A stretch of 64,000 bases of DNA from NCBI GenBank assembly GCA_951406725.2, contig OX597818.1, forward strand, positions 1,178,001 through 1,242,000, given 5' to 3'. The notes below the pieces were generated by a model, which saw only the letters and a list, made by a program, of their open reading frames with translations, was not told the DNA's origin and searched no databases. Origin of the DNA: Octopus vulgaris (Eukaryota). The position numbers and the translations under genes were made by a program. Of this stretch, positions 52,875 through 64,000 are shown piece after piece; the first letter of the stretch is position 1; every line of letters starts with the position of its first letter.

Positions 52875-55650
52875 TTTCGTTTTTGGATTTGGTTCGCAAG
52901 ATTCTTTATATGAGATCGTGTGTTGAAGCATATTCTTTTGTGACTGGGGAGAGTCATTTTCTTTTTGTGCCTTATAATTTAACACACTCACCGGTAAAAC
53001 TTCCACTTATTTCTTATTTTTATTTTCCTAAATTTTCGTTGCGTCTTGCAACCTTTTGAATAGTCTTGACTCTGTCTGTCCGTTATTTACACTGCGTTCC
53101 CTTTTGTCTGTTTGTGCGCATGTGTGTGGGTCAGTGTGTGAGTGTACCTATGCATGCATGCATGCATGCATGTATGTACGCATGTGTGTGTATGTATATA
53201 TGTATGTGTGTGCATCTGTATGTATGTATTCTGCATATTCAGAGTCGTGTTTGTATGTATGGATGTGCATCTCCATATGTGTGGGCCTGTGTCTCCATAT
53301 GTATCCTTGAGTTGAGTAAAGTGTGTGTGTATATATGGTCATGTGTTTCAGTCTCCATTTGCGTATGTCTGCTTGTCTATTCATATAACCTATGTACCTA
53401 TCCGTCTGTATGTTGATCTGTTTATTTTCATATCCATATGCTTACATACATTTGTATATACACATATATACATATACCCCCACCCGCACACATATACATC
53501 TATCTACATAACAGTCCACTAACTATTCTACTCTACCTGTGTAAACTGTTGGTATGGGGGATATGATATCTACTATGTATATTTCCTATTTAGTATTAGG
53601 GAAGTTTCATTTATAAGGACATACTCCCGTATTTGTTGGGTGCTTGGATAAGATGGAGATGTCAAGTTGACCCATGTTGCCTCCATGTGGGTCTTTGGCA
53701 TGTTGTTAGAGTGTGGAGGACTGTGTTTTGTCGTCATATTGTCTCAGGTGTTCATTTAGACGTTCTGCACTGCTCCTAGATGTGTCCTAAGTATGTCATG
53801 TTCATGTCTTTACAAGCACCTTCTATGCATCTTATGCTGTAAACTACATTTCTGGTTCTACAGTTAATGCCAGGGTTGATCCTACATACCATGCAGTTAT
53901 CATTGGTGCATATGGTATTCTCAAAGGGGTACATCCTACATAGTTGTGATCTGACGGAGTTCCCTGGCTTTTCAACAATCTTAATGCTGAGTTTTTTCTA
54001 AATCTATGGGCTAGTTCTCCATGGACTGTGGCTTCTACAAACACCACTTCTTGATATTTGTCCGTTTTATACCACGTGTTCGCCGTTTACTTTGTCACAA
54101 GTTCTTTGTATCCTATTCCATTCTTTGTTTCTATATCTAGGACAGGTACCACTGGTATCATTACGTATATTATCTAATTTATTTCTAGCTCCCCTGTATA
54201 CTTGAACCCTACTTTTCTGATCATATCCAGAGAACTGTATGCGGTGCATGAAGTTCTGTAAATGTTTTTCGCATAGTGGGGACACATTGTTCATTATCTT
54301 AAGTCTGCTATCAGTATGTTAATTTTCATGTTGTGTGAGTTCTTGTGAACAACATATTTTGAAGCTATGGGTTTCATGTAATAGGAGTTGAGGAGTTGCA
54401 CTCTATTGTTCACAGTCACTAACCAAAGTTCAGTATCAAGTACAGGGAGTCTATTGTTGGGGTGCTTAGTCGGATAATCTATAGTTACCTTGATACTTTG
54501 GTGGATGGAGTTAGCTATTTGCTGGATGCTCTCCATTACATTCTTCTCAGTCTCTATACAACCATCACTAGAGTTGGTCCTAACTATAATATTAATGTCA
54601 TCTACATATCTACTGTTAAGTAGAAGTGGTGTGGACTTTTCTACCATTTGTCTAAGTTTTTCGGTTCTACCAGGTTGTGAAGAGGCCGGCCACATCTCCA
54701 GCTACACCGACACCGATTGCTGCACCTTGAACCTGCATGTATAGTTTTTGTTAAACTTTACTACGTGGTACTTCAAGGTGGTTTTTACACTGGCTCCTAT
54801 TGTATGTGCAATCATTTTTTTCACCTGATTGTTGTTCTCGGGGTTTTGGGTGGATGCGGTCCAGCCACTCCAGCGCTGTGCTGTGCTTTTCTTCACTGCT
54901 GAAGTGATGGTAGGTGGTCTTCCTCTCTGTGACCGGGTGGGGCAGAATCTACTGAGATATATAGATGACATTAATATTATAGTTAGGACCAACTCTTGTG
55001 ACGGTAGTGTAGAAACTGAGAAGAACGTAATGGAGAGCATCCAGCAAATAGCTAACTCCATCCACCAAAGTATCAAGGTAACTATAGATTACTCCACTAA
55101 GCACCCCAACAATAGACTCCATGTACTTGATACTAAACTTTGCTTAGAGACTGTGAACAGTAGAGTGCAGCTCCTCCACTACTATTGCATGAAACCCATA
55201 GCTTCAAAATATGTTGTTCACAAGAACTCAGCTTTGTCATGCAACATATATATATACTGTTGTGTCTGGGGAGAGTAATCTTCTTTTTGTGCCTTATAAT
55301 GTAACACACTCACCGGTAAAATTTCCACCTATTCCTTGTTTTTATTTTCGTAAACTTTTCGTTGCGTGTTGCAACCTTTTCAATAGTCTTCACTCTGTCT
55401 GTTATTTACACTGCGTTCCTTTTTGTTTGTTTGTGCGTATGTGTGTGGGTCAGTATGTGTGTGTGTCTGTGTACCTATGCATGCATGCATGTATGTATGC
55501 ATGTGTGTGTATGTATATATGTGTGTGTATGTATATGTATATATGTATGCATGTGTGTGCGTCTGTATGTATGTATTCTGCATATTTATGCGCTTGCGTG
55601 TCCGTGTTTGTGTGTTTTTATACACACACATACATATACATGTGTGTGTT
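52870..55650 (-). mobile_element. Penelope-like element (second clade) with direct pLTR-like repeats and an inverted internal duplication
   Basis: RT SRYVDDINII..SIKVTIDYP..LPVLDTELW, FSGYDQKSR..CPRYR and VFVEATVHGELA. Direct repeats at 52945-53240 and 55266-55585. 54956-55243 is an inverted copy of ~54325-54610. Confidence 0.85.
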
Positions 55651-55799
55651 TATGTGCATGTGAGTGTGTATGTACTGAAAGTACTCACAGTACTGTAAAG
55701 TAGCTGTAAAAAAATTATGTTCTGCACCTGTAAGACATATGAAGTTGCACTAATGATGCAGAGAGAACACGCAATAAAAAAAAATATTAGGGTACAACA

Positions 55800-57590
55800 A
55801 CATCAGGTAGTCTGACAAACGGCGACCACATCTGTTCACCGTCAAGGACGCGCTAGAGATGACGTATCTGCAGCGTATGTCTGCATATTAGCAGCTAAGG
55901 CATGCCTATTTTTCCAATCAGCAGGTCTTGACAACATATAGAGCGCTTGCCCAGTGGAACGCACCCCCTCTACAGAGAGCGTTTCAGTTTGATCAAACGC
56001 AAATTGGGACAAGACACATCGGTCAGGCGGTAAGTTATAACGGGGGCGATGTATGCATTCAATAACTCTGCCCGACCTGTCAGCTACAGCTTTCACTCGG
56101 CCCATTGCTGAGTGAGACTGGTTACCCTCTTGTCACCTCATCCCAGTTCTTTTCCACCTGGAGATCCTGACCAAACCAGACCTCTATCAATTTAAGCAGT
56201 TCCTCTGTCGAGCGTCCTACGATGTTATTGGACAGTATGGACCCGTCTCTCCAGGTACCGAGCTGCAAACCCACTGACTTTTCTTGGTTAATTTTTGCTC
56301 CTCTCACCGCCCCATATACTTTTTAGAGTAGAGCCAATCAGGTCTATGTGCCTGGTGTTAAACACTACGACGGTGGCGTCGTCTGCATATGCCGACATGG
56401 TTCTCCCACGTCCTAGTTTGTGCGGGATGCCTCCCAACGCCTCCAGGTTCTGCAGTTCTGGCTCTAGAACCAATACATACAGTAGAGAGAAGAGGAACTC
56501 TTGACCAACCAAGCGCATAATACTAAATGGCTTCGACAAGTAACCATTCAACCGAAGTACCGAGCAGATATCGCGGTACATTGCTGGAAACCTGTCAACG
56601 AAAATGGGACTGAAACCAGCAGCCCTCAGAACAGCCACCAGATATTGGATGTCGACTCTTTTGAAGGCTTTTGATTCATCAATATTGATCTGGGCCCTAC
56701 CCATACCATCGTCTCTACTTACCCTGTCTATGATGTGTTGCATGAGGTGGAGGTTGTCGCGAACAGACCTGCTTGGGCTGGCACATGTTTGAACATCAAT
56801 CAGCGTTTCGATGACAAGCACCAACCTTTTTGCTAATACCTTGACCAAAATTTTAAAATCTGCGTTCAGCAGAGTTTATGGGCCTAAAATGTTCTATTAG
56901 GCTTCCTTTGTTCGGGTTGTTTCTTAGCAGTACTACCACTCCTTGATTTACAGAGCAACGAATTCTGCTGCCAGTTGCGGTAAATATCTGCTAAGAGGCC
57001 ACCAAACAAGTCTGGGATTTAAGGGTTACGTCTTTATTTTTTCTCCTCTTTTTCCTTTTTGAAGATCGCTCGACGATCTCCCACTCAGGTGGGTTTGTCT
57101 CACCCGGGGCCCCTTCTATATCCAAGGAGTTCGTAGGACTTCTTATGGCCTTATTGCCTCTCTGTTCCAGTGTTTGACGTTATGGTTGCCGCTGCTTTCC
57201 TCTTTGGGATTGCAACGGATTTGGTGTTGGGAATATTGGAGCAGCGTGTGACACCTCTCTTGACTTCTCCACAGTGGGGCAGAAAACTTTCAAGTGGCCA
57301 GTTTTGCCATAGATGTAACACCTGGGTTTCGTACCCTCCAAGACTACCCGCTTCTGCTCGCACTCTACAAACCAGAGAAAATCCAGGATAGCATTAACTT
57401 CTTCCGGAGCAGAGTGTAGCGGCTTTCTCTCCTTGCGATTAATGCACTCATAAATTACCGTTCTCTTTTTGGTGGAAATCTTTTCCTCTTCTGGGAGAGC
57501 CATGATGCCAGGTCGAATGTTATCTTTCTGATATTTTTTAACTGCCCCCGCTTTTTCTTGCAAGGAATGAGTGGTCCATGTTTCAAATTT
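55800..57590 (-). mobile_element. L1/Tx1-like LINE remnant (ORF1 zinc knuckle plus RT)
   Basis: PRCYIYGKTGHLKVFCP (degenerate CCHC); KVLAKRL..IDESKAFKRVD..LLYVLVLEP..AYADDAT; GAKINQEKS. Confidence 0.85.
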
Positions 57591-57594
57591 TGCC

Positions 57595-57773
57595 ACAAGG
57601 GCAGCCATTTTGGGGGAGGGGATGTGTCGATTATATCGACACCAGTGTTTAACTGGTACTTTATCGACCCCGAAAGGATGAAAGGCAAAATCGACCTCGG
57701 CGGAATTTGAACTCAGAACGTAGCGACGGGCGAAGTACCGCAAAGCAGCTAATGATTCAGCCAGCTCACTGCC

Positions 57774-57775
<2 letters not shown>
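57595..57775 (-). mobile_element. SINE (family B) adjoining a compound trinucleotide tract
   Basis: Homologous to 2573-2795; GAGTTCAAATTCC B box on the minus strand. Confidence 0.8.
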
Positions 57776-57833
<58 letters not shown>

Positions 57834-57933
57834 TTAATAATAATAATAATAACAACAACAACATCAACAACGACGACGACGACGACGGCGGTGGTGGTGG
57901 TGGTGGCGATGATGATGATGATGCTGATGGCGG

Positions 57934-58009
<76 letters not shown>

Positions 58010-58047
58010 GGTGGTGGTTGTGGTGATAGTGGTGATGGTGGTGGTGA
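57775..58047. repeat. Compound microsatellite (TAA)n-(CAA)n-(CGA)n-(TGG)n-(TGA)n
   Basis: Directly read. Confidence 0.9.
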
Positions 58048-58520
58048 TTTCTTTTATAATAATTTATCTTTTAAAGAATTAGAGGAGAAACGGTTGTTTG
58101 GTGTAGGTCTTCCATAATTTATAGGGGAAAGACAGGAGGAAATCACGACGGATAATTATCCACTTGACCGGTAATTATCAACTTGACTGTTAATTAACAT
58201 CTTAGCTGATAATTATCAGCCCAGGAAAGATCAAAAGAATATTTGAACCGTGTAAGATACAATCTCAGAATACAAATGACGAATGTCACTTAATATCGGC
58301 AGACAACTAATATGGCTTTCTATTGATTTTTTCAGCCAGCTCATCAATTCCGTGAAACTTATCGATAAAAGATGAAAGTTTGGAAGAGTGGCTTGAATCT
58401 ACTTCAGTACATTTTATCGAACTCCAGAAAGATCAAAGACAAAATTGACATCGATGAAATTTGAACTCAGTCAAGAAAACTGACAAGCAGTTTCTCCGGC
58501 TATTTACTGATCGCCACCTA

Positions 58521-59640
58521 CGAGGTGGTATCGAAAAGTTCTTGGGATAGTTATGTTTAATAAAAATAACTATTTTCCTAAGTTTTAACATCATCTCCTT
58601 CGAAATAGTCACCATGCGCAGCAATACACCGGTCCCAGCGTTCCTGTCACTTTTAGAATCCGGCCTGGAAGCCGTTTTCCGTAAGCAAATAGGGGACCTT
58701 CTGCAATTCACTCTGGATCTCGACAACGGCGTTAAAACGACAACATCTGAGCTGCTTTTTCATCTTCGGCAAGTCCGCAGGTGCTGACTCTGGCAAACAG
58801 GGTGAGTGCGGAAGCGATAACATGTTGTTTTTGGTGATAAGCTCACGAGTAAGGAGAGCTCGGTGACAGGGTACATTTCACCGAATGTCCTCCCTCAAAC
58901 GCTTCCAAACGTCGCAGTAGAACTTCCGATTGACGGTCTCGCCCTGGAGGACGAATTCTTGATACACAATACTGCGGATGTCAAAAAATACGATGAGCAT
59001 GCTCTTGATTAATATGCGGCTCTGTCGTGTCTTCTTCGGTCGTGGAGATCAAGAGCTCTTCCATTGTGACGACTGCTGCTTCGTCTCAGGGTCGTACCCA
59101 TAGACTCAACTCTCGTCACCGGTGATAATCCTCGACATGAAGGATGGGTCATCAGCGGCCCGCTGACGGAGATCTTGACAGACTTCGACGTGATGTTCTT
59201 TCTGCTCAGTTGTCAGCAGGCGGGGTACAAACTTGGCAGAGACGCACCGCATCTTTCAGACGTTAAGATTGCTTGCACGGACCTATACGACAGACCAATA
59301 ACATCAACAATGTAGTTGATTGTCCTCCGATGATCCTCGTGCACAAGCTGATGAATTTTCTCCACATTTCCGGGTGTGACGCTCGTGGCACGTCTTCCAG
59401 ATCGCTCATCGTCTTCCAGGAACGTTCATCCACTTTTGAAGCGCCCGTGCCACTCAAAGCATTGCGTACGACCCATTGCCTCGTCACCGTAAATTTGCCG
59501 AAGCATGCTCGATATCTCTATAGAAGGCATCCCAAGTTTAACTGAAAATTTCACGTTGGCTCGTTGTTTCAAGTGCTTGACCAAAAAAAAAAATCGCAGA
59601 CTACAGCGTACACGTGATCACAAAACCACATTTTTTTTTT
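58521..59640 (-). mobile_element. Degenerate mariner relic with one recognisable terminus
   Basis: TA-CGAGGTGGTATCGAAAAGTTC end. The minus strand contains mariner-like segments (…TSLEDDERSGR…, …RIITGDES*VYGYDPETK…). Confidence 0.75.
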
Positions 59641-60072
59641 ACTTTGACGGATTTCTGTTGCAGAACATGGAAGCTGAAGAATTCTATTGAACTAATATTT
59701 TCAAACCAAAGAGTTCGAAAGACTTAGTAGATGACTGCGTCAGTAAAACTCTTTACTAAAGACCTGACGCTTAGCCCATGTTATGAGACTGCTTGTAAAT
59801 AAATTTTCTGACCGACAGTGAACATTACTCGAAATGCTGGGAATCATTTCAATAAAATACGAACTTATCCACATATTCTTTTATTCTTTTAATCGTTTCA
59901 GTCATTTAATTGCGGCCATGCTGGAGTATTGTTAAGAATATTATTTATGGCGAAATACTCGTAATTCCAGATATTGAGTTGTAAACTGATCAAAATCTTC
60001 CTCAGATTTACGCACAAATTTTGCATTATTTTGTTATATAATGTAATATAATATGATGTAATATAATATAAT

Positions 60073-60320
60073 AAGGTGCGTAGCCTAGTCGGTAAATGTG
60101 TGGACTTCACGATCGCAAGATTGTAGGTTCAACTCTTAGGCCGGATGGCATATTTCTTGAGTAAAACGTTTCAGTTCATATTGCTTCACACTGCTCGGCT
60201 GAAAATGGGTACCAACAGCTGGAGATTAAAGTTGCAACCAACTGGCGTCTTATCTAGTATGTGTATGTGTGTGGTCTTTTATCCGCAGTCGCTAAGCGCC
60301 ACATGAATCGGTATAAGTTC
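60073..60320 (+). mobile_element. Degenerate tRNA-derived SINE
   Basis: AAGGTGCGTAGCCTAGTCGGTAA...GATTGTAGGTTCAACTC...TTCTTGAGTAAAAC; similar to 50849-50960. Confidence 0.6.
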
Positions 60321-60457
60321 TGCCTAACAATCCCGTTTGCTTGTAACACACTTTAAGTTAACTTTAATATATACATATATACCTACCTGCATATATATAT
60401 ATATAAATATATATATATATGTACATACATATATACATACATATATACATACATACA

Positions 60458-60516
<59 letters not shown>

Positions 60517-63117
60517 GTGTGTGTATAATGTATAATATAATATGAAAAAAATATAAAGAAACGATTATTTGGCATTTCAATTGTAAAATGAATTCCTTCT
60601 GTAAATATCTGTTTTCTTTCTATTACAGAAATTAAAATTCTTCTAGAGAACATTAACATTCTTAAAGCCCAGCTTCACCGCTTTTGTTCGTTCTTACTTT
60701 TATACTTAATTTATTTGTTCCAGTTATAATTCCCCGAATGCTATTATTTTCTCTCCTGAGATTTGTATTTTAGATTTATATGTCCTCTATTTTTAATTTC
60801 CTCCTTCTCAAATGTTTTCAACGATTTTCTCCATTATAAACTATTATTATATTCAATATAAAGGCTATCTGATGGTTTTCATATACATTTTCACTGTCAT
60901 CAAACCATTTCATGCCAATTTATAATTTTTTCTCTTCCATAATACTTAGCCTGCCTTTTGTTTTACACAATTTAAACTCTCAGTTTCATCCCAGACTAAC
61001 TCAATTGACAAAACATTTGATTCCAAAGTGCAGAAAATGATTTTAAAGAAACAACACTTCTAATCCAGGTTTGCTGACATTTTCTTCTGCCTATTCTTGG
61101 CGTTTACAAAGATTTACTACTTGTTTGTCTGAAACGTCACTTTAAAATATTTACGACTATTTTCGGCCGTTAATACCAGTTCCCAACACATTTACATTTC
61201 TAAAACATGTTCAGATAATCTAATTATTTTTTGTCGTCTTTTTTTAGCATTTCGTGTTTTCCTGTTACCGACCTTTCTTTCTTTGTTATTTTATCACTTT
61301 TTACATAATGTGTTCAGGTCCACAAGTTGAAAGCCGGAAGCCTCCACTCCCTCAAAGCAAAACAAAATGCTTATATGCTGACAACACAAGTGCTTCTGTG
61401 CTTATTTGAGGAATTTACACTTATGAACTATTATTACTTGAAGCTCTCAATCATAACAAAAAAAATAACAACAATGCTGCGAGATAAAATAACACGACAA
61501 CTATAGCTTTTGTTGGTTTTAAACTGAAATTAACACAGAATAACAGATAACTAATGCCATTACATTACTTGTACTTATATCACTGACACTTGAAAGATAA
61601 AAGAGTAAATTGGCCTCAAATAGACCTGCAATGCTCCATAATATGGTTCTTTCCTTCCTAAACGTACTTTGTGTCGTTATTTTGTACATTTATGTATCTT
61701 AAGTGATATTTCTTCTCTATATTAAACGATATGAACATTTTTATTTTTCATATTATTAACTATTTTTACATTATTTCAGAGTAAATATGAATGTAAACCT
61801 GACGTTTCATAGCACAGACTCTATCATTTATTTAACCATACTTAGCTTTTAAGATGCTTATTATATATAAAGAATCAGAGATAAAAAGAGACTCACAGAC
61901 ATAAACGTAGGTAAAAAGAAAACTCAAAAAACTAATTTCCTTTCAAGGTTTCGCCTATTTTAAGATTTATTCAGTCAATGATGAAAATTACTGTATTTGT
62001 TTGGCACATGGTTACTGTCGGGCGGACCAGAATTCTCATTCTTTAGAAATAGATTAATGACTAAATCGGTGTTAGCAAGTTAGAATAACCTGAAGACATT
62101 AGAATCCTCGTGGGGAAAGTCTGTTTCTCGTTGCTTCAATGCATTAAAACAATATGAGAAAATGGTAGCGTTGAGATATTTCTGTTAAATTCTCTACAAT
62201 AAATTCCTTTTTCTGAAAATTATATCTCACAGATAGTTTCCAAGTTCCATATACTCAATATACGAGTTACAATATACGAGTGCATATTGTAACAGACGTC
62301 AAATTCACTTTAGTTGCAAAATAAGTTGCCATCAATTTAATACATTGAAGCTTTCAGTGAATCTTAAAACAAGGGCAGTGACTCTCCGAAAATGCTATTA
62401 GAACATTTACTATTGCACGTTGGTACCATAAATTAAAAGAATATTTATAGTCTATCTAACCCAGGAATCATATTTTAAACTTATTTAAAAATTCGAAATG
62501 ATTTTTGCCGACGCAGGCAAACACTAGATTCCGCTGATTCTAGCTATTAAATTTTGAAATGTTGTAGCGTTTTGAAATACTACAGAATCTTGATCTTGCT
62601 TATTTTAAAGCCAATAACCTGAAATAGCTTGGAGAGAGCAAACCCCACTCCTGAACTCACCAATTATTACATACACTTTGTTTTTATACGAAGAATTTCA
62701 GATCTTCACACAAATATGAAGTTCGTTGAACAGAATATCCGAGATGTCATTCTGTCGTCAAAGGAACTGTTTCTTACTCGAAATATAAATCTAAATAGAG
62801 TAGTTTCTTATGTCATAGGCCACACAGCTACTGTGCCCTCCCTTCCCCTCCATATTATAGCTGTTCTCCAATATCAAGTCATATCTAGAAACCTCTTCAT
62901 AGCAACAGTGTACTCCAGAGCATTATGCGACTTTCAATCGGTGGCTAGTAATAGGTGGATACGACAGGTATTTACTATTTATCACTCTAGAGTTGCGTGA
63001 ACAATAATGTGTGGGAAGAAACTTTGAATAGCGAATATGTGAAAGTGAATCATTAGTTATATATGAATGTCTGTGTATACATACATGCATAATACATACA
63101 TACATATATACATACAT

Positions 63118-63155
<38 letters not shown>

Positions 63156-63301
63156 CATATATACATCATATATACATACATCATATATATATATATATGT
63201 ATAGATGTAGCACTACATCTATACGAGAGGCTTTTTCAAGATGAATACCAGGATATTATGTTATTCTTACGGTATCCACTATTAAGTAACACACACACAC
63301 A

Positions 63302-63334
<33 letters not shown>

Positions 63335-63362
63335 TATATGTACATACACATGTATCTGTATA

Positions 63363-63900
63363 TCTAATAATATATAAAATAGAGATGTGTGCGTATTCAC
63401 ATTTCACGCAAAAACGGCCTCAGCAATTGCTTTCATATTTGTGATGCATGAATAATTTGACCTCCGACAATTTTTTAATTAAAAATTATTAAAAAAATTA
63501 TAATATTGCTTTATGTATTACATTCACGTCTTTGAAAAGTTTTTAGAAATTTACTTTTCTAGCGTCAGTGCCGTAACATATCTCCTTGTGTATATCTCTC
63601 TATCCATTCTCTCTCTCTATCTACAACTTTCTATATTTCGTTTTCTATCTATATTTGTTTTTACTTTCGTTCTTCAGACGCTTTTCTTTTCACTTTCAAT
63701 TTTCACGCCATTGCTTAACTTCCATGCTATTGTTTTCTCTGTAAGTTTAAGTTTTCAATCGCTATTTACAAACATAGACAAATTACTGACAGAAAGAACT
63801 TCACAGTTACTGATGTAAGTTATTTCATAATTTACTGATAGAAGTATCTTCATAAATTTCACTTCGATCCATACGGTTTTATGTTTTTCTGTTGTTGATG
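63363..63900 (+). mobile_element. Possible 5' end of a non-autonomous Helitron
   Basis: A|TCTAATAATATATAAAATAGAGATGTGTG..TTTCACGCAAAAACGGC resembles typical Helitron 5' TC termini. No 3' CTRR end is seen. Confidence 0.4.
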
Positions 63901-64000
63901 GTTTCTTTCTGGTTCATTTGATACTGGCTCTTTGGTTCACGGAGTGATAAATTTCGCTTCAACCCGTACAATACTTTATTTTCCGTTAAAATTTCTTATT

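Noticed and set aside
57707-58117. Poly-N/D/G ORF resembling a low-complexity protein
   Set aside because: Starts inside a SINE and consists of a compound trinucleotide microsatellite.
61250-63000. Possible exon after a pyrimidine tract (~61318) and ORF 62629-63000
   Set aside because: No protein similarity recognised and no supporting splice-donor or ORF context.

Overview
AT-rich, microsatellite-dense animal DNA with no host gene I can support. The SINE families and repeat landscape suggest a cephalopod, probably Octopus; this is an inference. The window is a stack of mobile elements sorted by microsatellite target. (1) 13.7-27.8 kb: a head-to-tail array of minus-strand R4/Dong-like RLE non-LTR retrotransposons separated by (TAA)n. 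(2) 33-55.6 kb: a cluster of Penelope-like elements (PLEs) in (TA)n. It includes a 5'-truncated but uninterrupted Naiad-like RT+GIY-YIG frame (47309-49240) and at least six hammerhead-ribozyme motifs with canonical and variant cores. (3) Mariner/Tc1 relics (one full length, 4797-6080), a Helitron relic, L1/Tx1 fragments and many tRNA-derived SINEs. The most notable signals are the hammerhead diversity, a fold-back inversion centred exactly on a hammerhead stem III, a repeated permuted (type II-like) hammerhead-like motif, and a 1.1-kb perfect (TAA)n plus LINE fragment inside the Asn-rich linker of a PLE ORF. All ribozyme calls come from manual base-pairing and need computational and experimental confirmation.
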